Source: Novosphingobium sp.
GTDB lineage: Bacteria > Pseudomonadota > Alphaproteobacteria > Sphingomonadales > Sphingomonadaceae
Length of the DNA stretch: 64,000 nt
Direction of reading: 5' to 3'
Assembly: GCA_046290865.1 (NCBI GenBank)
Contig: JBKBUD010000003.1
Location: forward strand, 8,600-72,599
Positions 1-10,255 of this stretch are shown here, in pieces (position 1 is the first letter of the stretch; every line of letters starts with the position of its first letter). Made by a program: the position numbers and the translations under genes. The notes under the pieces were generated by a model that did no database searches, was not told where the DNA came from, and worked only from the letters and a program-made list of their open reading frames with translations.

Positions 1-627
<627 letters not shown>

Positions 628-1182
628 TTAGGCCTTCATCGCCTGGGCGAGAGAATTGAGACGGGTGCGGATCGAGCTGTCGATCATCTGGCTGCCGATC
701 TTGACGACGAGGCCACCGAGGATGTCGGGATCGACACTGGTCTTGAGCTTGATCGACTTGCCGGTGCGGGCCTTCAGCTTTTCGGTGAGGGCGGCGACCT
801 GTGCATCGTCGAGCGGGTGAGCGCTGGCAACTTCGGCGCTGACTTCACCGCGATGGGCGGCGGCGATCTGGCCAAAGGCGCGGATCACGTCGGGCAGGGC
901 CGAGAGACGGCGGTTCGAAGCGAGCACGCCGAGGAACTTCTTCGTCAGTTCGCCGAGCCCAAGCAGGCCGGCAACCGAATCCATCGCGCGGCCGGCTGCA
1001 TCGCGGCCGAGCTGCGGGTTGCCGATCAGGCCCTTGAGGTCAGCCGATTCGCGCAGTGCAGCATCGAGCTTCTCGAGATCGCCTTCTACGGCGTTCACAA
1101 AGCCCTGCTCATTGGCCAGATCGAACAATGCCGAGGCGTAACGCCCTGACAGGCTGGCCGTAATGCCGCTGGAAATCTCCAC
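628..1182 (-). CDS. atpH: F0F1 ATP synthase subunit delta
   Basis: GRYASALF and [25 protein letters not shown] motifs; GTG start at 1182 preceded by a GAAGGA SD; upstream of atpA. Confidence 0.95.
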   Translation of the reverse strand: MEISSGITASLSGRYASALFDLANEQGFVNAVEGDLEKLDAALRESADLKGLIGNPQLGRDAAGRAMDSVAGLLGLGELTKKFLGVLASNRRLSALPDVIRAFGQIAAAHRGEVSAEVASAHPLDDAQVAALTEKLKARTGKSIKLKTSVDPDILGGLVVKIGSQMIDSSIRTRLNSLAQAMKA

Positions 1183-1349
1183 GCGCCGAAGTTCCTTCAT
1201 CCAGGATAAGCCGAGGCAGACCATTGCCCGGAGATGAACACCGGGTGGCCTGCAGACGGGGCGCGCCTAGCAACGTCAGGCCCATATGACAAGATGCGAC
1301 TTGGCTTCTTGTGCATAGGTATGATCGTGATTTCCCTGATGTGAGGCGA

Positions 1350-2906
1350 TCAGGGCGCAGGCTGGCAGTTGTAGCGCATCCGTTCGTTGGGTTCAGGCGG
1401 CAGCAGCGCCTTGATCGCCTGCTGGTTCTGGCCGAACTGCCGGGCTGCGTCCTCGCCAGCGCCACAGGCCGGGGCGCTGAGCTTCGCACGTGCAGCGCGC
1501 GCCTGTGTCATGGCGTCCAGTCCGACGAGAAAACGCTCGACGGTGTAGGTGCGGGTCTGCGGGTCATACGAATTTACTGAAACCGCTTCCTCGCCATTGG
1601 GAACGAGGATTCGGCTCCAGCCATCGTTGGCGAGGCCGTACTGGGTCTTGCCATTCATGCAGCCGCCCTCGTTCCAGTCGATGGGAACGTCGGTGATATC
1701 GGACACGGTGACGCGGCTGCGCTCGGGATCGAGCACGCAGATCATCCGACCGCCGCCGTCGTTGGAGGCGGCAAGGGCCGAGGCGCTCGGCGAGGGTTGT
1801 GGCTCTTCGAGCATTTCCTTGGCGCGGCTGTCGATCGACGAGAGCGAGGGGCGCAGGAACCAGACGGCGATGGCCGAGACCAACAGGGCTGCAGCGCCGA
1901 AGACGTGCTTGCGCTGGAACTTGCCGCGCCGCTTCGAGGCCTCGACCATGCCCCAACCGCCAATGCCAAGCGCGCCGACGAGCAGCAGGGCAGCAAGGGC
2001 CATGCCGTTGTCGCGCTCGGACAGGACGGCCATCTCTGCCTCGCGGCGCGTTTTTTCCAAGGCTTGCTGGCTGGCCTGGGCGCGGGCTTCGGATTCGGCG
2101 GCGAGGCGGGCCTGATCTCCCGCAGCGCGCTGGGCTTCGGCGCGATCGAGGTCGGCGATCGAGCGGCAGGGCAGGCCGCTGGTGTGGGCATCGACCTTGG
2201 CCTTGAGCAGGAAGGCGGCAAGCTCGCGCATCGAGATGGCGAAGTAGAAGGACGAATCGGTGCTGTTGTCGCTGACCGTGCCGAACGAGTTCACGCCGAT
2301 CACGCGCCCGCAGGAATCGAGCAGCGGTCCGCCGGAGTTGCCCGAACCGAGCGGGGCGGTGTGGAGAAGGGTGTCGAACGAGCGCGACGAGCGTCCGCCC
2401 GAGAGATAGCCCCGCGTCTTCACGGCTTCTTGCGGCGTCACGAGATCGGCCATCGACAGGCCCTGTGCGAGATCGACATTGCCGGGGTAGCCGACGGCGT
2501 AGACTTCAGAGCCATCGCCCGGCGCGCCTGGGAACAGCGTGATCGGCGTCAGGGTGCCGCCGCCCTCGATGCGCAGCAGGGCAAGGTCGTTACCGGGCGA
2601 ATAGGCGACGAGCTTGGCCGGGTAGCCGTTGCGGCCCTCGGCAGGGACCACACCCGCGATCAACGTGTCGTCGCCGCGCAGTTCTTCGACGACATGGGCG
2701 TTGGTGACGATAAGGTTCGGCGTGACCGCAAAGCCGGTGCCATGGGTGATCAATCGCGCCCGGTCTCCGTCGCTTTCGATGATGACCACGCGGACGACCG
2801 AGCGGCTTGCGGCGCTGATGTCTGCCGGGTCAGCCAGCGCGATGGGGGCAGATGCCAGTGCCAGGTAGGCGACCAGAAACGCGATTATCTGTTTGGCGAC
2901 ACGCAT
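1350..2906 (-). CDS. Exported/membrane-anchored trypsin-like (S1) serine protease
   Basis: Signal peptide; triad motifs TNAHVV, NDLALL and GNSGGP; coiled linker, two hydrophobic helices and a Cys-containing C-terminal domain. Start chosen at MRVAKQ. Confidence 0.85.
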   Translation of the reverse strand: MRVAKQIIAFLVAYLALASAPIALADPADISAASRSVVRVVIIESDGDRARLITHGTGFAVTPNLIVTNAHVVEELRGDDTLIAGVVPAEGRNGYPAKLVAYSPGNDLALLRIEGGGTLTPITLFPGAPGDGSEVYAVGYPGNVDLAQGLSMADLVTPQEAVKTRGYLSGGRSSRSFDTLLHTAPLGSGNSGGPLLDSCGRVIGVNSFGTVSDNSTDSSFYFAISMRELAAFLLKAKVDAHTSGLPCRSIADLDRAEAQRAAGDQARLAAESEARAQASQQALEKTRREAEMAVLSERDNGMALAALLLVGALGIGGWGMVEASKRRGKFQRKHVFGAAALLVSAIAVWFLRPSLSSIDSRAKEMLEEPQPSPSASALAASNDGGGRMICVLDPERSRVTVSDITDVPIDWNEGGCMNGKTQYGLANDGWSRILVPNGEEAVSVNSYDPQTRTYTVERFLVGLDAMTQARAARAKLSAPACGAGEDAARQFGQNQQAIKALLPPEPNERMRYNCQPAP

Positions 2907-3058
2907 GAGCGCGCTTTTTGCGCCGATTTGCTTTGACCGCAAGGTGCGGGACGCTTTGGTGAGACAAGGTGGGCACATTCTCTCCACAACGAGGAGATGA
3001 ATTGATGCGCGATGCAACACAGGCTTGCGGTGACAGCCGTGTGGCTTATCGACAGGCC

Positions 3059-4105
3059 ATGGTCAGTGCTACGGACATTTCCGACGATGAAGCGTGGCGA
3101 GCCGTGCTGGCGCGCGACCGCGCGTTTGACGGACGCTTTGTGACCGGCGTTCTCAGCACAGGAATCTACTGCCGCCCGTCTTGTTCGGCTCGGCATCCGC
3201 GCCGTGAAAACGTGCGGTTCCTGGCCGACGGGGCTGCGGCGCGGGAAGCGGGGTTGCGCCCTTGCCTCCGCTGTTCGCCGGACGATGTTTCGCGCGACGA
3301 ACGGGCGGTGCTGATGGCGATCGATGCGATCAAGGCGGCGGGGCAGACTTTGGCGCTGGCCGATCTGGCGGCGCGGTGCGGCTATTCGCCGACGCATTTC
3401 CAGCGGGTCTTTACCCGGGCGACCGGTCTTTCGCCTGCGGCCTATGCTCGTGCGTTGCAGAGGGAGCGCATGGCGGAAGTGCTGACGGGTGCGGAGAGTG
3501 TGACGGATGCGATCTACGGTGCGGGGTTCTCGGGACCTTCGCGATTCTATGCGGCGGCAGAGGAGCGTTTGGGGATGACGGCGTCGGCTTGGGCCAATGG
3601 CGGACGCGGCGTGACGATCCGTTGGGCGGTGGTGCAGACCTCGTTGGGAGACATGCTGGTTGCAGCGACCGAACGCGGGGTTTGCCGGTTGTCCTTCAAT
3701 GAGGACGTTGCCGCGCTTCGGATGCGCTTTCCCAATGCCGCGCTGGAGGAAGGGGGCGAGGAGCTTGCGGGGCTGCTTGCGCAAGTGATCGCGGCGGTAG
3801 AAACGCCCGGCGACCATTCGCACATTCCGCTCGACGTCAGGGGCACGGCTTTTCAGGAGGCGGTGTGGCAGGCGCTGCGGCGCATACCGCCCGGCGAGAC
3901 GCGCTCCTATGCCGACATTGCGGCGGCCGTGGGCAAGCCGGGGGCGGTTCGGGCGGCGGGATCTGCCAACGGGGCCAACAATGTCGCCGTTCTTATCCCC
4001 TGCCACCGCGTGATCCGTTCGGATGGATCGCTTGGCGGCTATGCCTATGGGCTTGAGATCAAGCAGCGATTGCTCGACAAGGAGCGCGAAAGCAACCGGG
4101 GGTAG
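3059..4105 (+). CDS. ada: Bifunctional transcriptional regulator / O6-methylguanine-DNA methyltransferase Ada
   Basis: N-terminal Zn site (YCRPSC...PCLRC), AraC-type HTH and C-terminal IPCHRV active site. Start uncertain (3005 or 3059). Confidence 0.92.
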   Translation: MVSATDISDDEAWRAVLARDRAFDGRFVTGVLSTGIYCRPSCSARHPRRENVRFLADGAAAREAGLRPCLRCSPDDVSRDERAVLMAIDAIKAAGQTLALADLAARCGYSPTHFQRVFTRATGLSPAAYARALQRERMAEVLTGAESVTDAIYGAGFSGPSRFYAAAEERLGMTASAWANGGRGVTIRWAVVQTSLGDMLVAATERGVCRLSFNEDVAALRMRFPNAALEEGGEELAGLLAQVIAAVETPGDHSHIPLDVRGTAFQEAVWQALRRIPPGETRSYADIAAAVGKPGAVRAAGSANGANNVAVLIPCHRVIRSDGSLGGYAYGLEIKQRLLDKERESNRG

Positions 4106-4112
4106 GTAGGGC

Positions 4113-4982
4113 ATGGACGATCTTCAGACGACAAGACCGGGGCTTGTGCGGAGGATCGTTGCCTTTCCGCTGACGTTGATGATCGTTGAGTTTCTCGGGA
4201 TAGGCATAGCAGCGTCGGCTGGGTCGTTCGCTCTGCTCAAGATCGTAACGCCGAGAACGCCCAGCTATTTCCTGGGTGGGCTGACGGTCGCGGTGCTTGC
4301 TATCCTGATTTATCTCGCGGCGCGGCGCTGGATCGAGTGGCGGGCGAACGATGAACTCCCGCTTGAGGCCTTCGGGCGCGAGGTTCCGCTTGGGCTGCTG
4401 ATCGGTGCAGCGCTGTTCACGCTGATGACGGGCATTGTTGCGCTTCTGGGCGGTTTCTCGGTCGAGCGGATCAACGGCATGGGGGCGCTCTGGGCGATGC
4501 TGGCGATGGCGGTGACTTCTGGGACGATCGAGGAGATCCTGTTCCGGGGCATTCTCCTGCGGCATATCGAGGCGATGCTCGGAACGTGGGCGGCGCTGGC
4601 GATTACTTCGGCGCTGTTCGGGCTGGCGCACCTGTCGAATCCGGGAGCGAGCCTGTTTGCCGCTTTCGCCATTGCCATGGAGGCGGGCATCCTGCTGGGC
4701 GCGGCCTATCTGTGGAAGCGGCGGCTGTGGATACCGATCGGCATTCACGCGGCATGGAATTTCACGCAAGGCTGGGTGTTCAGCGTGCCGGTATCAGGGG
4801 GCAAGGCGCCCGAGGGACTGCTGGTGACGACGCGCGAAGGGCCGGATTGGCTAACTGGCGGCGCGTTCGGCCTCGAGGCCAGTGTGATCGCGATGCTGGT
4901 TGCCACCGCTGCGGGCCTGTTCCTGCTGGTGCGTGTGGTGAAGCAGGGCGGGATCAGGCCGCCGATGTGGGTCAAACGCTAG
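4113..4982 (+). CDS. CPBP (CAAX/Abi family) intramembrane glutamic endopeptidase
   Basis: EEILFRG, FGLAH and HAAWN motifs in a multi-pass membrane protein. Confidence 0.88.
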   Translation: MDDLQTTRPGLVRRIVAFPLTLMIVEFLGIGIAASAGSFALLKIVTPRTPSYFLGGLTVAVLAILIYLAARRWIEWRANDELPLEAFGREVPLGLLIGAALFTLMTGIVALLGGFSVERINGMGALWAMLAMAVTSGTIEEILFRGILLRHIEAMLGTWAALAITSALFGLAHLSNPGASLFAAFAIAMEAGILLGAAYLWKRRLWIPIGIHAAWNFTQGWVFSVPVSGGKAPEGLLVTTREGPDWLTGGAFGLEASVIAMLVATAAGLFLLVRVVKQGGIRPPMWVKR

Positions 4983-6532
4983 CGTGCCCAACCGGGTTCT
5001 GCGGGCTCCAGCGTTTCCAGGAAGGCTTCCGCGCTCTCGAGATATTCGGCACGCTTGTCCTTGCTCATCCTGCGCCACGTGGCATAGGGCTGGGCGAGGC
5101 GGTGGTAGCCCGACAGCTTCTTCTCGTTGCGGGCGAGGAAGTGCCAGTAGAGCGCGTTGAAGGGGCAGGCACCCTCGCCGGTCTTCTTCTTCACGTCATA
5201 GGCACATTTGCCGCAGTAGTCGCTCATGCGGTCGATGTAGGCCCCGCTTGCGGCATAGGGCTTGGAGGCAAGCCGGCCCTTGTCGGCGTGCAGCACCATG
5301 CCGGCCACGTTGGGCAGTTCGACCCATTCGAAGGCATCGGCATAGACGACGAGATACCAGTCGGCGACTTCCTGCGGCTTCAGCCCCGCCAGCAGCGCGA
5401 AGTTGCCGAGCACCATCAGGCGCTGGATGTGGTGTGCATAGGCGTGATCGCGGGTGGCACGCACGCAATCTGCCAGGCAGCGCATCTTCGTCTCGCCCGT
5501 CCAGTAGAAGTCGGGGAGCGGACGATTGGCATCGAGTCCGTTGGCGTCGGCGAGACCCGGCATCTCGAGCCAGTACATCCCGCGGATGTATTCGCGCCAG
5601 CCGATGATCTGGCGGATGAAGCCTTCGACGGCTTCCAGCGGCGCACGGCCCTTGCGCCATTCGGCTTCGGCGCGGCGGCACAGGTCGAGCGGATCGAGCA
5701 GGCCGATGTTTACTGCGGGAGACAGGGCCGCGTGGAACAGGAAGTCCTCCTCCGCCACCATGGCATCCTGATACTTGCCGAACAGCGGGAGGCGGTCCTT
5801 GAGGAAGGCATCTCGCGCCTGCTCGGCCTCGGCACGGGTTACTGGCCACGCGAATTTCTCGAGTGATCCGAAATGTTTGTCGAAGTGCGTGGATACCAGA
5901 TCGAGCACTTCACGTGTCGTCGTGTCGGGCTTGAACGCCGGAAGTCCTGGCGGTTCAAGTCCTGCTTCGGGTCCGCCCCGGTTTTCCGCATCGAAGTTCC
6001 AACGGCCACCGACCGGCTTGTCGCCCTCCATCAGCAGTCCGGTCTTGCGGCGCATCTCGCGGTAGAACCACTCCATACGCAGTTCCTTGCGACCCGCCGC
6101 CCACTCGTAGAAGTCGGGCAAGGGACAGATGAAGCGCGTGTCGGGCAGGATGCGGACGCGGATGGGGAGGTCGGAGCGCCATTGCTCCATCGCCTGCCGC
6201 ACGCGCCATTCGCCCGGCTCGGTGACCTGCACGCCGCGCGCGTTGTGGCGCTCTACCGCGCGGGCGACTTCGCAGGTGAAGCTGCCGGTGTTGTCTGGGT
6301 CATCGAGGCGGATGTAATCGACTGTCCACCCGGCTTCCCGCAGTTCCTCGGAAAAATGCCGCATCGCCGAGAGGATCAGCGCGATCTTGGCCGTGTGGTG
6401 GCGGACGTAGGTCGTCTCCTCGGCCACTTCCATCATCAGGATCACGGTGTCGTCCGGCTTGCGGTCTGCAAGGCTGGAAATGTCGGGCGAAAGCTGGTCG
6501 CCGAGGATTGGTACAAGGACGGGGCCGGTCAT
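4979..6532 (-). CDS. Cryptochrome/photolyase family protein, FeS-BCP (PhrB-like (6-4) photolyase) class
   Basis: ILGDQL N-terminus, GGRWNFD, IRQIIGWREY, YAHHIQRLM, KPYAASGAYI and the FeS Cys pattern (CLADC...DYCGKC...ACPF). Confidence 0.9.
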   Translation of the reverse strand: MTGPVLVPILGDQLSPDISSLADRKPDDTVILMMEVAEETTYVRHHTAKIALILSAMRHFSEELREAGWTVDYIRLDDPDNTGSFTCEVARAVERHNARGVQVTEPGEWRVRQAMEQWRSDLPIRVRILPDTRFICPLPDFYEWAAGRKELRMEWFYREMRRKTGLLMEGDKPVGGRWNFDAENRGGPEAGLEPPGLPAFKPDTTTREVLDLVSTHFDKHFGSLEKFAWPVTRAEAEQARDAFLKDRLPLFGKYQDAMVAEEDFLFHAALSPAVNIGLLDPLDLCRRAEAEWRKGRAPLEAVEGFIRQIIGWREYIRGMYWLEMPGLADANGLDANRPLPDFYWTGETKMRCLADCVRATRDHAYAHHIQRLMVLGNFALLAGLKPQEVADWYLVVYADAFEWVELPNVAGMVLHADKGRLASKPYAASGAYIDRMSDYCGKCAYDVKKKTGEGACPFNALYWHFLARNEKKLSGYHRLAQPYATWRRMSKDKRAEYLESAEAFLETLEPAEPGWAR

Positions 6533-6580
6533 CCTTCCGGAATGGCCGAGCGCGGCAATGGTTCAACCTGCCCCTAAGGG

Positions 6581-8746
6581 TCAGACGAAACTGTAGGGGT
6601 CGATATCCACCGCCACGCGCACGCCCGGCGGGAAGCGCAGCGGATCAAGCCAGTCGCGGATCACGCGCTGCAGTTCGGTCGAGCGGCGGGCGTTGATGAG
6701 CAGGCGATAGCGGTAGCGGCCTCGCAACAACGACAGCGGAGCAGGGGCAGGGCCGAGGATCAGGACGTCGTCGAGACGAGGGGCGGAACCGCCGATGCCG
6801 CGCGCCGCATCGCGCGCTTCGGCTTCGTCCTCGCTCGATACGATGATCGCCGCCCAGCGACCGAACGGCGGCGCGCCGGCGTCGCGGCGGGCTTCGGCCT
6901 CAGCGGCGTAGAACGCGTCGCGGTCACCGCTGGCAAGCGCTTCGATCACCGGAGCCTCTGGGTGGCGGGTCTGGATGAGCACTTCGCCGGGCTTCTCGCC
7001 ACGTCCGGCACGACCCGCGACCTGAGCGACCTGCTGGTAGGTCCGTTCGGCTGCGCGCAGATCGCCGCCTTCAAGGCCCATGTCGGCATCGATCACGCCG
7101 ACGAGCGTAAGCTCAGGAAAGTGATAGCCCTTGGTGACAAGCTGCGTGCCGACGATCACGTCGATCGCCTTGTTGCTGGCCATCTCGACGAACTCCGCCG
7201 CCTTGGCCGGGCTGGTCAGCGTGTCGGAAGTGACCAGCGCAACGCGGGCTTCTGGCAGGATTGCGGCAACTTCATCGGCGATGCGCTCAACCCCCGGACC
7301 GCAGGCAACCAGGCAGTCGGGTTCGCTGCATTCCGGACAGGCATCGGGCGGCGGGATCTCATGGCCGCAGTGATGGCAGGCGAGTCGGCGCGAGAGGCGA
7401 TGCTCGACCAGCCACGCCGAGCAGTTCGGACACTGGAAGCGATAGCCGCAGGTGCGGCACAAGGTCAGCGGGGCATAGCCGCGACGGTTGAGGAACAGCA
7501 GCGACTGCTCACCCTTATCGAGCCGGTCCTTGAGTGCTTCGACCAGCGGCGGTGCAATCCAGTGGCCGCGCTCGGGCTGTTCGGTGCGCAGGTCGACGAT
7601 CTGGATGTCGGGCATCGTCGCGCCGCCAAAGCGCGCTGGCAGGACGACGCGTTCGTAACGCCCGGCCTCGGCCATCTGCAGGCTCTCCAGGGCGGGCGTG
7701 GCACTGGCAAGGATGACCGGCACCTTCTCGAAATGCGCCCGCATGACCGCCACGTCGCGCGCATTGTAGCGCACGCCGTCGTCCTGCTTGAACGAGATTT
7801 CATGTGCCTCGTCGACAACGATCAGGCCGAGTTGCGCGAAGGGCAGGAACAGCGCGCTGCGGGCACCAACGACGACCTGTGCCGTCCCTTGCGCGACTGC
7901 CCGCCATGCCCGGCGCCGCTCGGATGCCTTTAACGAGGAATGCCACGTCACCGGCGGCACCCCGAAGCGTGCCTCGTAGCGCTTGAGGAAGGTTTCGGTA
8001 AGCGCGATTTCCGGCAGCAGGACGAGCACCTGCCGCCCTTGCCGGATCGCGGCAGCAACCGCTTCGAAGTACGTCTCGGTCTTGCCGGAGCCGGTCACGC
8101 CATCCAGCAGGAAAGGATGGAATTCATGCGCTTCCACGGCGGCCACGAACCGTGCGGCCACTTCGGCTTGCTCATCGGACAGGTCGGGCGCTGCAAAATT
8201 GGCATCCGCTGGCGGGTAGGGGCGGTCGGAATCGACAACCACCGGTTCGAGTAGTCCGGCGTTGACCATCCCGCGCAGCACTCCATCGGAAACGCCTGCA
8301 ATCTCGGACAGTTCGCGGATCGTGGCCTGCTGGTCGTGCAGCAGATCGAGCGCGATGAGGCGCTGAGGGGTGATGCGCGATGGTTCGCGCCCGGTGAGGC
8401 GATACTCGGTGATCGTGCCACCACCTTGGAGCGCGGCCGTGCTGGACAGCGCCATGCGCGCGACTGCTGCCAGCGGCGCGACATAGTAGTCGGCCGTCCA
8501 CTCGATCAGGCGGCGCAAGGGGGCCGGCAGGGGGGGCACCGGCAAGACCTGCAGCAAGGGCCGCAGCTTCGAATCCGGAACTTCGGTTCCCGGCAGTCGT
8601 TCCGCTTCCCAGACCACGCCGATGATCTGCCGAGGGCCCAAGGGCGCGAGAACCACGCTGCCCGGCTCGACGCTCATCCCGGCGGGCACGCGGTAGTCCA
8701 GCGGACCGAGCGCGGAGTTGAAGACGAGGCATCGGACGCGGTTCAT
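6581..8746 (-). CDS. priA: Primosomal protein N' (replication restart helicase)
   Basis: GVTGSGKTE, VDEAH, SATP, LNRRGY, double CxxC zinc knuckles, QVAGRAGR and terminal DIDPYSF. Confidence 0.96.
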   Translation of the reverse strand: MNRVRCLVFNSALGPLDYRVPAGMSVEPGSVVLAPLGPRQIIGVVWEAERLPGTEVPDSKLRPLLQVLPVPPLPAPLRRLIEWTADYYVAPLAAVARMALSSTAALQGGGTITEYRLTGREPSRITPQRLIALDLLHDQQATIRELSEIAGVSDGVLRGMVNAGLLEPVVVDSDRPYPPADANFAAPDLSDEQAEVAARFVAAVEAHEFHPFLLDGVTGSGKTETYFEAVAAAIRQGRQVLVLLPEIALTETFLKRYEARFGVPPVTWHSSLKASERRRAWRAVAQGTAQVVVGARSALFLPFAQLGLIVVDEAHEISFKQDDGVRYNARDVAVMRAHFEKVPVILASATPALESLQMAEAGRYERVVLPARFGGATMPDIQIVDLRTEQPERGHWIAPPLVEALKDRLDKGEQSLLFLNRRGYAPLTLCRTCGYRFQCPNCSAWLVEHRLSRRLACHHCGHEIPPPDACPECSEPDCLVACGPGVERIADEVAAILPEARVALVTSDTLTSPAKAAEFVEMASNKAIDVIVGTQLVTKGYHFPELTLVGVIDADMGLEGGDLRAAERTYQQVAQVAGRAGRGEKPGEVLIQTRHPEAPVIEALASGDRDAFYAAEAEARRDAGAPPFGRWAAIIVSSEDEAEARDAARGIGGSAPRLDDVLILGPAPAPLSLLRGRYRYRLLINARRSTELQRVIRDWLDPLRFPPGVRVAVDIDPYSFV

Positions 8747-8816
8747 GTTCACCGGTCTATATGGGGCGGCAACGCAGCGGGCAAAGCCCGGGCGCAACGG
8801 AATTGAGGAGAAAAAC

Positions 8817-9500
8817 GTGTCGCAGGCTTCCACCATGATGAACCGTCGTGTCCTGCTTGGCGGCGTGACTTCGGTTGCGGTCCTGGCCTTGGCAGGCTGC
8901 GCGAGCTATCCGCAGTTCTCTCTGGAAGAAGCGGTGCGGCGATTGCTGTTCCTGTCCACCGACCGCGCTTTCTCCCGGCTGCTCGCACCGGGTGGGTTCT
9001 GGGACGATCAGATCACGCGGCTCGCCTTGCCCGAAGCTATCGGCAATCGGGGTGGCGTTCTCGCCCGCATCCTCACCGGACCGATCGTCAAGGATCGGCT
9101 GCAGCGGGCGTTCAACGACATGGCCTATGACGCGGCAGAGCGGGCGGCTCCTGCCGTTATCGACGCGGTGCGCACGATCGGCATTCGCAACTCCCTTGCG
9201 CTGCTGCGAGGCTCCGACCCCATGGGCGCAACCGCGTTCCTCCATCAGGAAATGGGCACTAGCCTCGTCGAGATCATGGTACCGGAATTCGGCGATGCGA
9301 TTCGCGTCAGCCGTGATCCACTGCTCGGCGAGGTGCTGGCGGCGTTGACCGGCGTGGACGTTGGCGGCATTGCCAACTCGCTGGCCTACGAGGCGGACAA
9401 CGCGATCTTCCGCGCGATCGGGCGCGAGGAGGCGGCGATCCGTGCCGATCCGCGCTCTACCAACGATCCGGTGCTGATGGCGGCGTTTGGCATAAAGTGA
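8817..9500 (+). CDS. DUF4197-like lipoprotein
   Basis: GTG start after GAGGAG; NRR twin-arginine-like stretch and LAGC lipobox; GREEAAIRADP C-terminal motif recalled as typical of DUF4197. Confidence 0.7.
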   Translation: MSQASTMMNRRVLLGGVTSVAVLALAGCASYPQFSLEEAVRRLLFLSTDRAFSRLLAPGGFWDDQITRLALPEAIGNRGGVLARILTGPIVKDRLQRAFNDMAYDAAERAAPAVIDAVRTIGIRNSLALLRGSDPMGATAFLHQEMGTSLVEIMVPEFGDAIRVSRDPLLGEVLAALTGVDVGGIANSLAYEADNAIFRAIGREEAAIRADPRSTNDPVLMAAFGIK

Positions 9501-9574
9501 CAGACTGACATCGGCGTCGGGCTTGCCTATAGGCGGGGGGGAATCATTCTCTCCCCGCTTGGAAGGCTGTTCCC

Positions 9575-10228
9575 ATGAAGTTCTTCGTCGATACTGCCGA
9601 CACCGCCGAAATCGCCGACCTTGCCGCGACCGGCCTGCTCGATGGCGTGACCACCAATCCCACGCTCATCGCCAAGGCGGGCAAGGACTTCATCGAAGTC
9701 ACACGCGAGATCTGCGGTCTGGTCGATGGCCCGGTCTCGGCCGAAGTTGTTGCGCTGGACCACGAGACGATGATGCGCGAGGCCGAAGTGCTGCGCAAGA
9801 TCGCCGACAACGTCTGCATAAAGGTGCCGCTGACCATCGACGGCCTCAAGACCTGCAAGGCGCTGACCGGCGACGGCACCAAGGTCAACGTCACGCTGTG
9901 CTTCTCGGCCAACCAGGCGCTGCTGGCGGCCAAGGCCGGCGCGACCTTTATCTCGCCCTTCGTCGGTCGTCATGACGACAACGGCTTCGACGGCATGGAC
10001 CTGATCCGTGATATCCGCCTGATCTACGACAACTACGCATTCGAGACCCAAATCCTCGTCGCTTCGATCCGCCACGGCGTCCATGTGCTGGAAAGCGCGC
10101 GCATCGGGGCCGACGTGATCACCGCGCCGCCCGCCGTGATCAAGGGCCTGTTCAAACATGTCCTTACGGACAAGGGCATCGAAGGCTTCCTTGCCGACTG
10201 GGCAAAGACCGGCCAGAAGATCGTCTGA
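9575..10228 (+). CDS. fsa: Fructose-6-phosphate aldolase / small transaldolase
   Basis: [21 protein letters not shown] (Schiff-base Lys), NVTLCFS and SPFVGR. Aldolase versus transaldolase activity is not resolvable by eye. Confidence 0.9.
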   Translation: MKFFVDTADTAEIADLAATGLLDGVTTNPTLIAKAGKDFIEVTREICGLVDGPVSAEVVALDHETMMREAEVLRKIADNVCIKVPLTIDGLKTCKALTGDGTKVNVTLCFSANQALLAAKAGATFISPFVGRHDDNGFDGMDLIRDIRLIYDNYAFETQILVASIRHGVHVLESARIGADVITAPPAVIKGLFKHVLTDKGIEGFLADWAKTGQKIV

Positions 10229-10255
10229 AACCTCTGAAACACAGGCAGTTGCGCA

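Noticed and set aside
2908-2925. Ada-box-like AAAAAGCGCG on the minus strand upstream of ada
   Set aside because: Short, imperfect match to an enterobacterial motif, lying in the translation-initiation region of the divergent protease gene.
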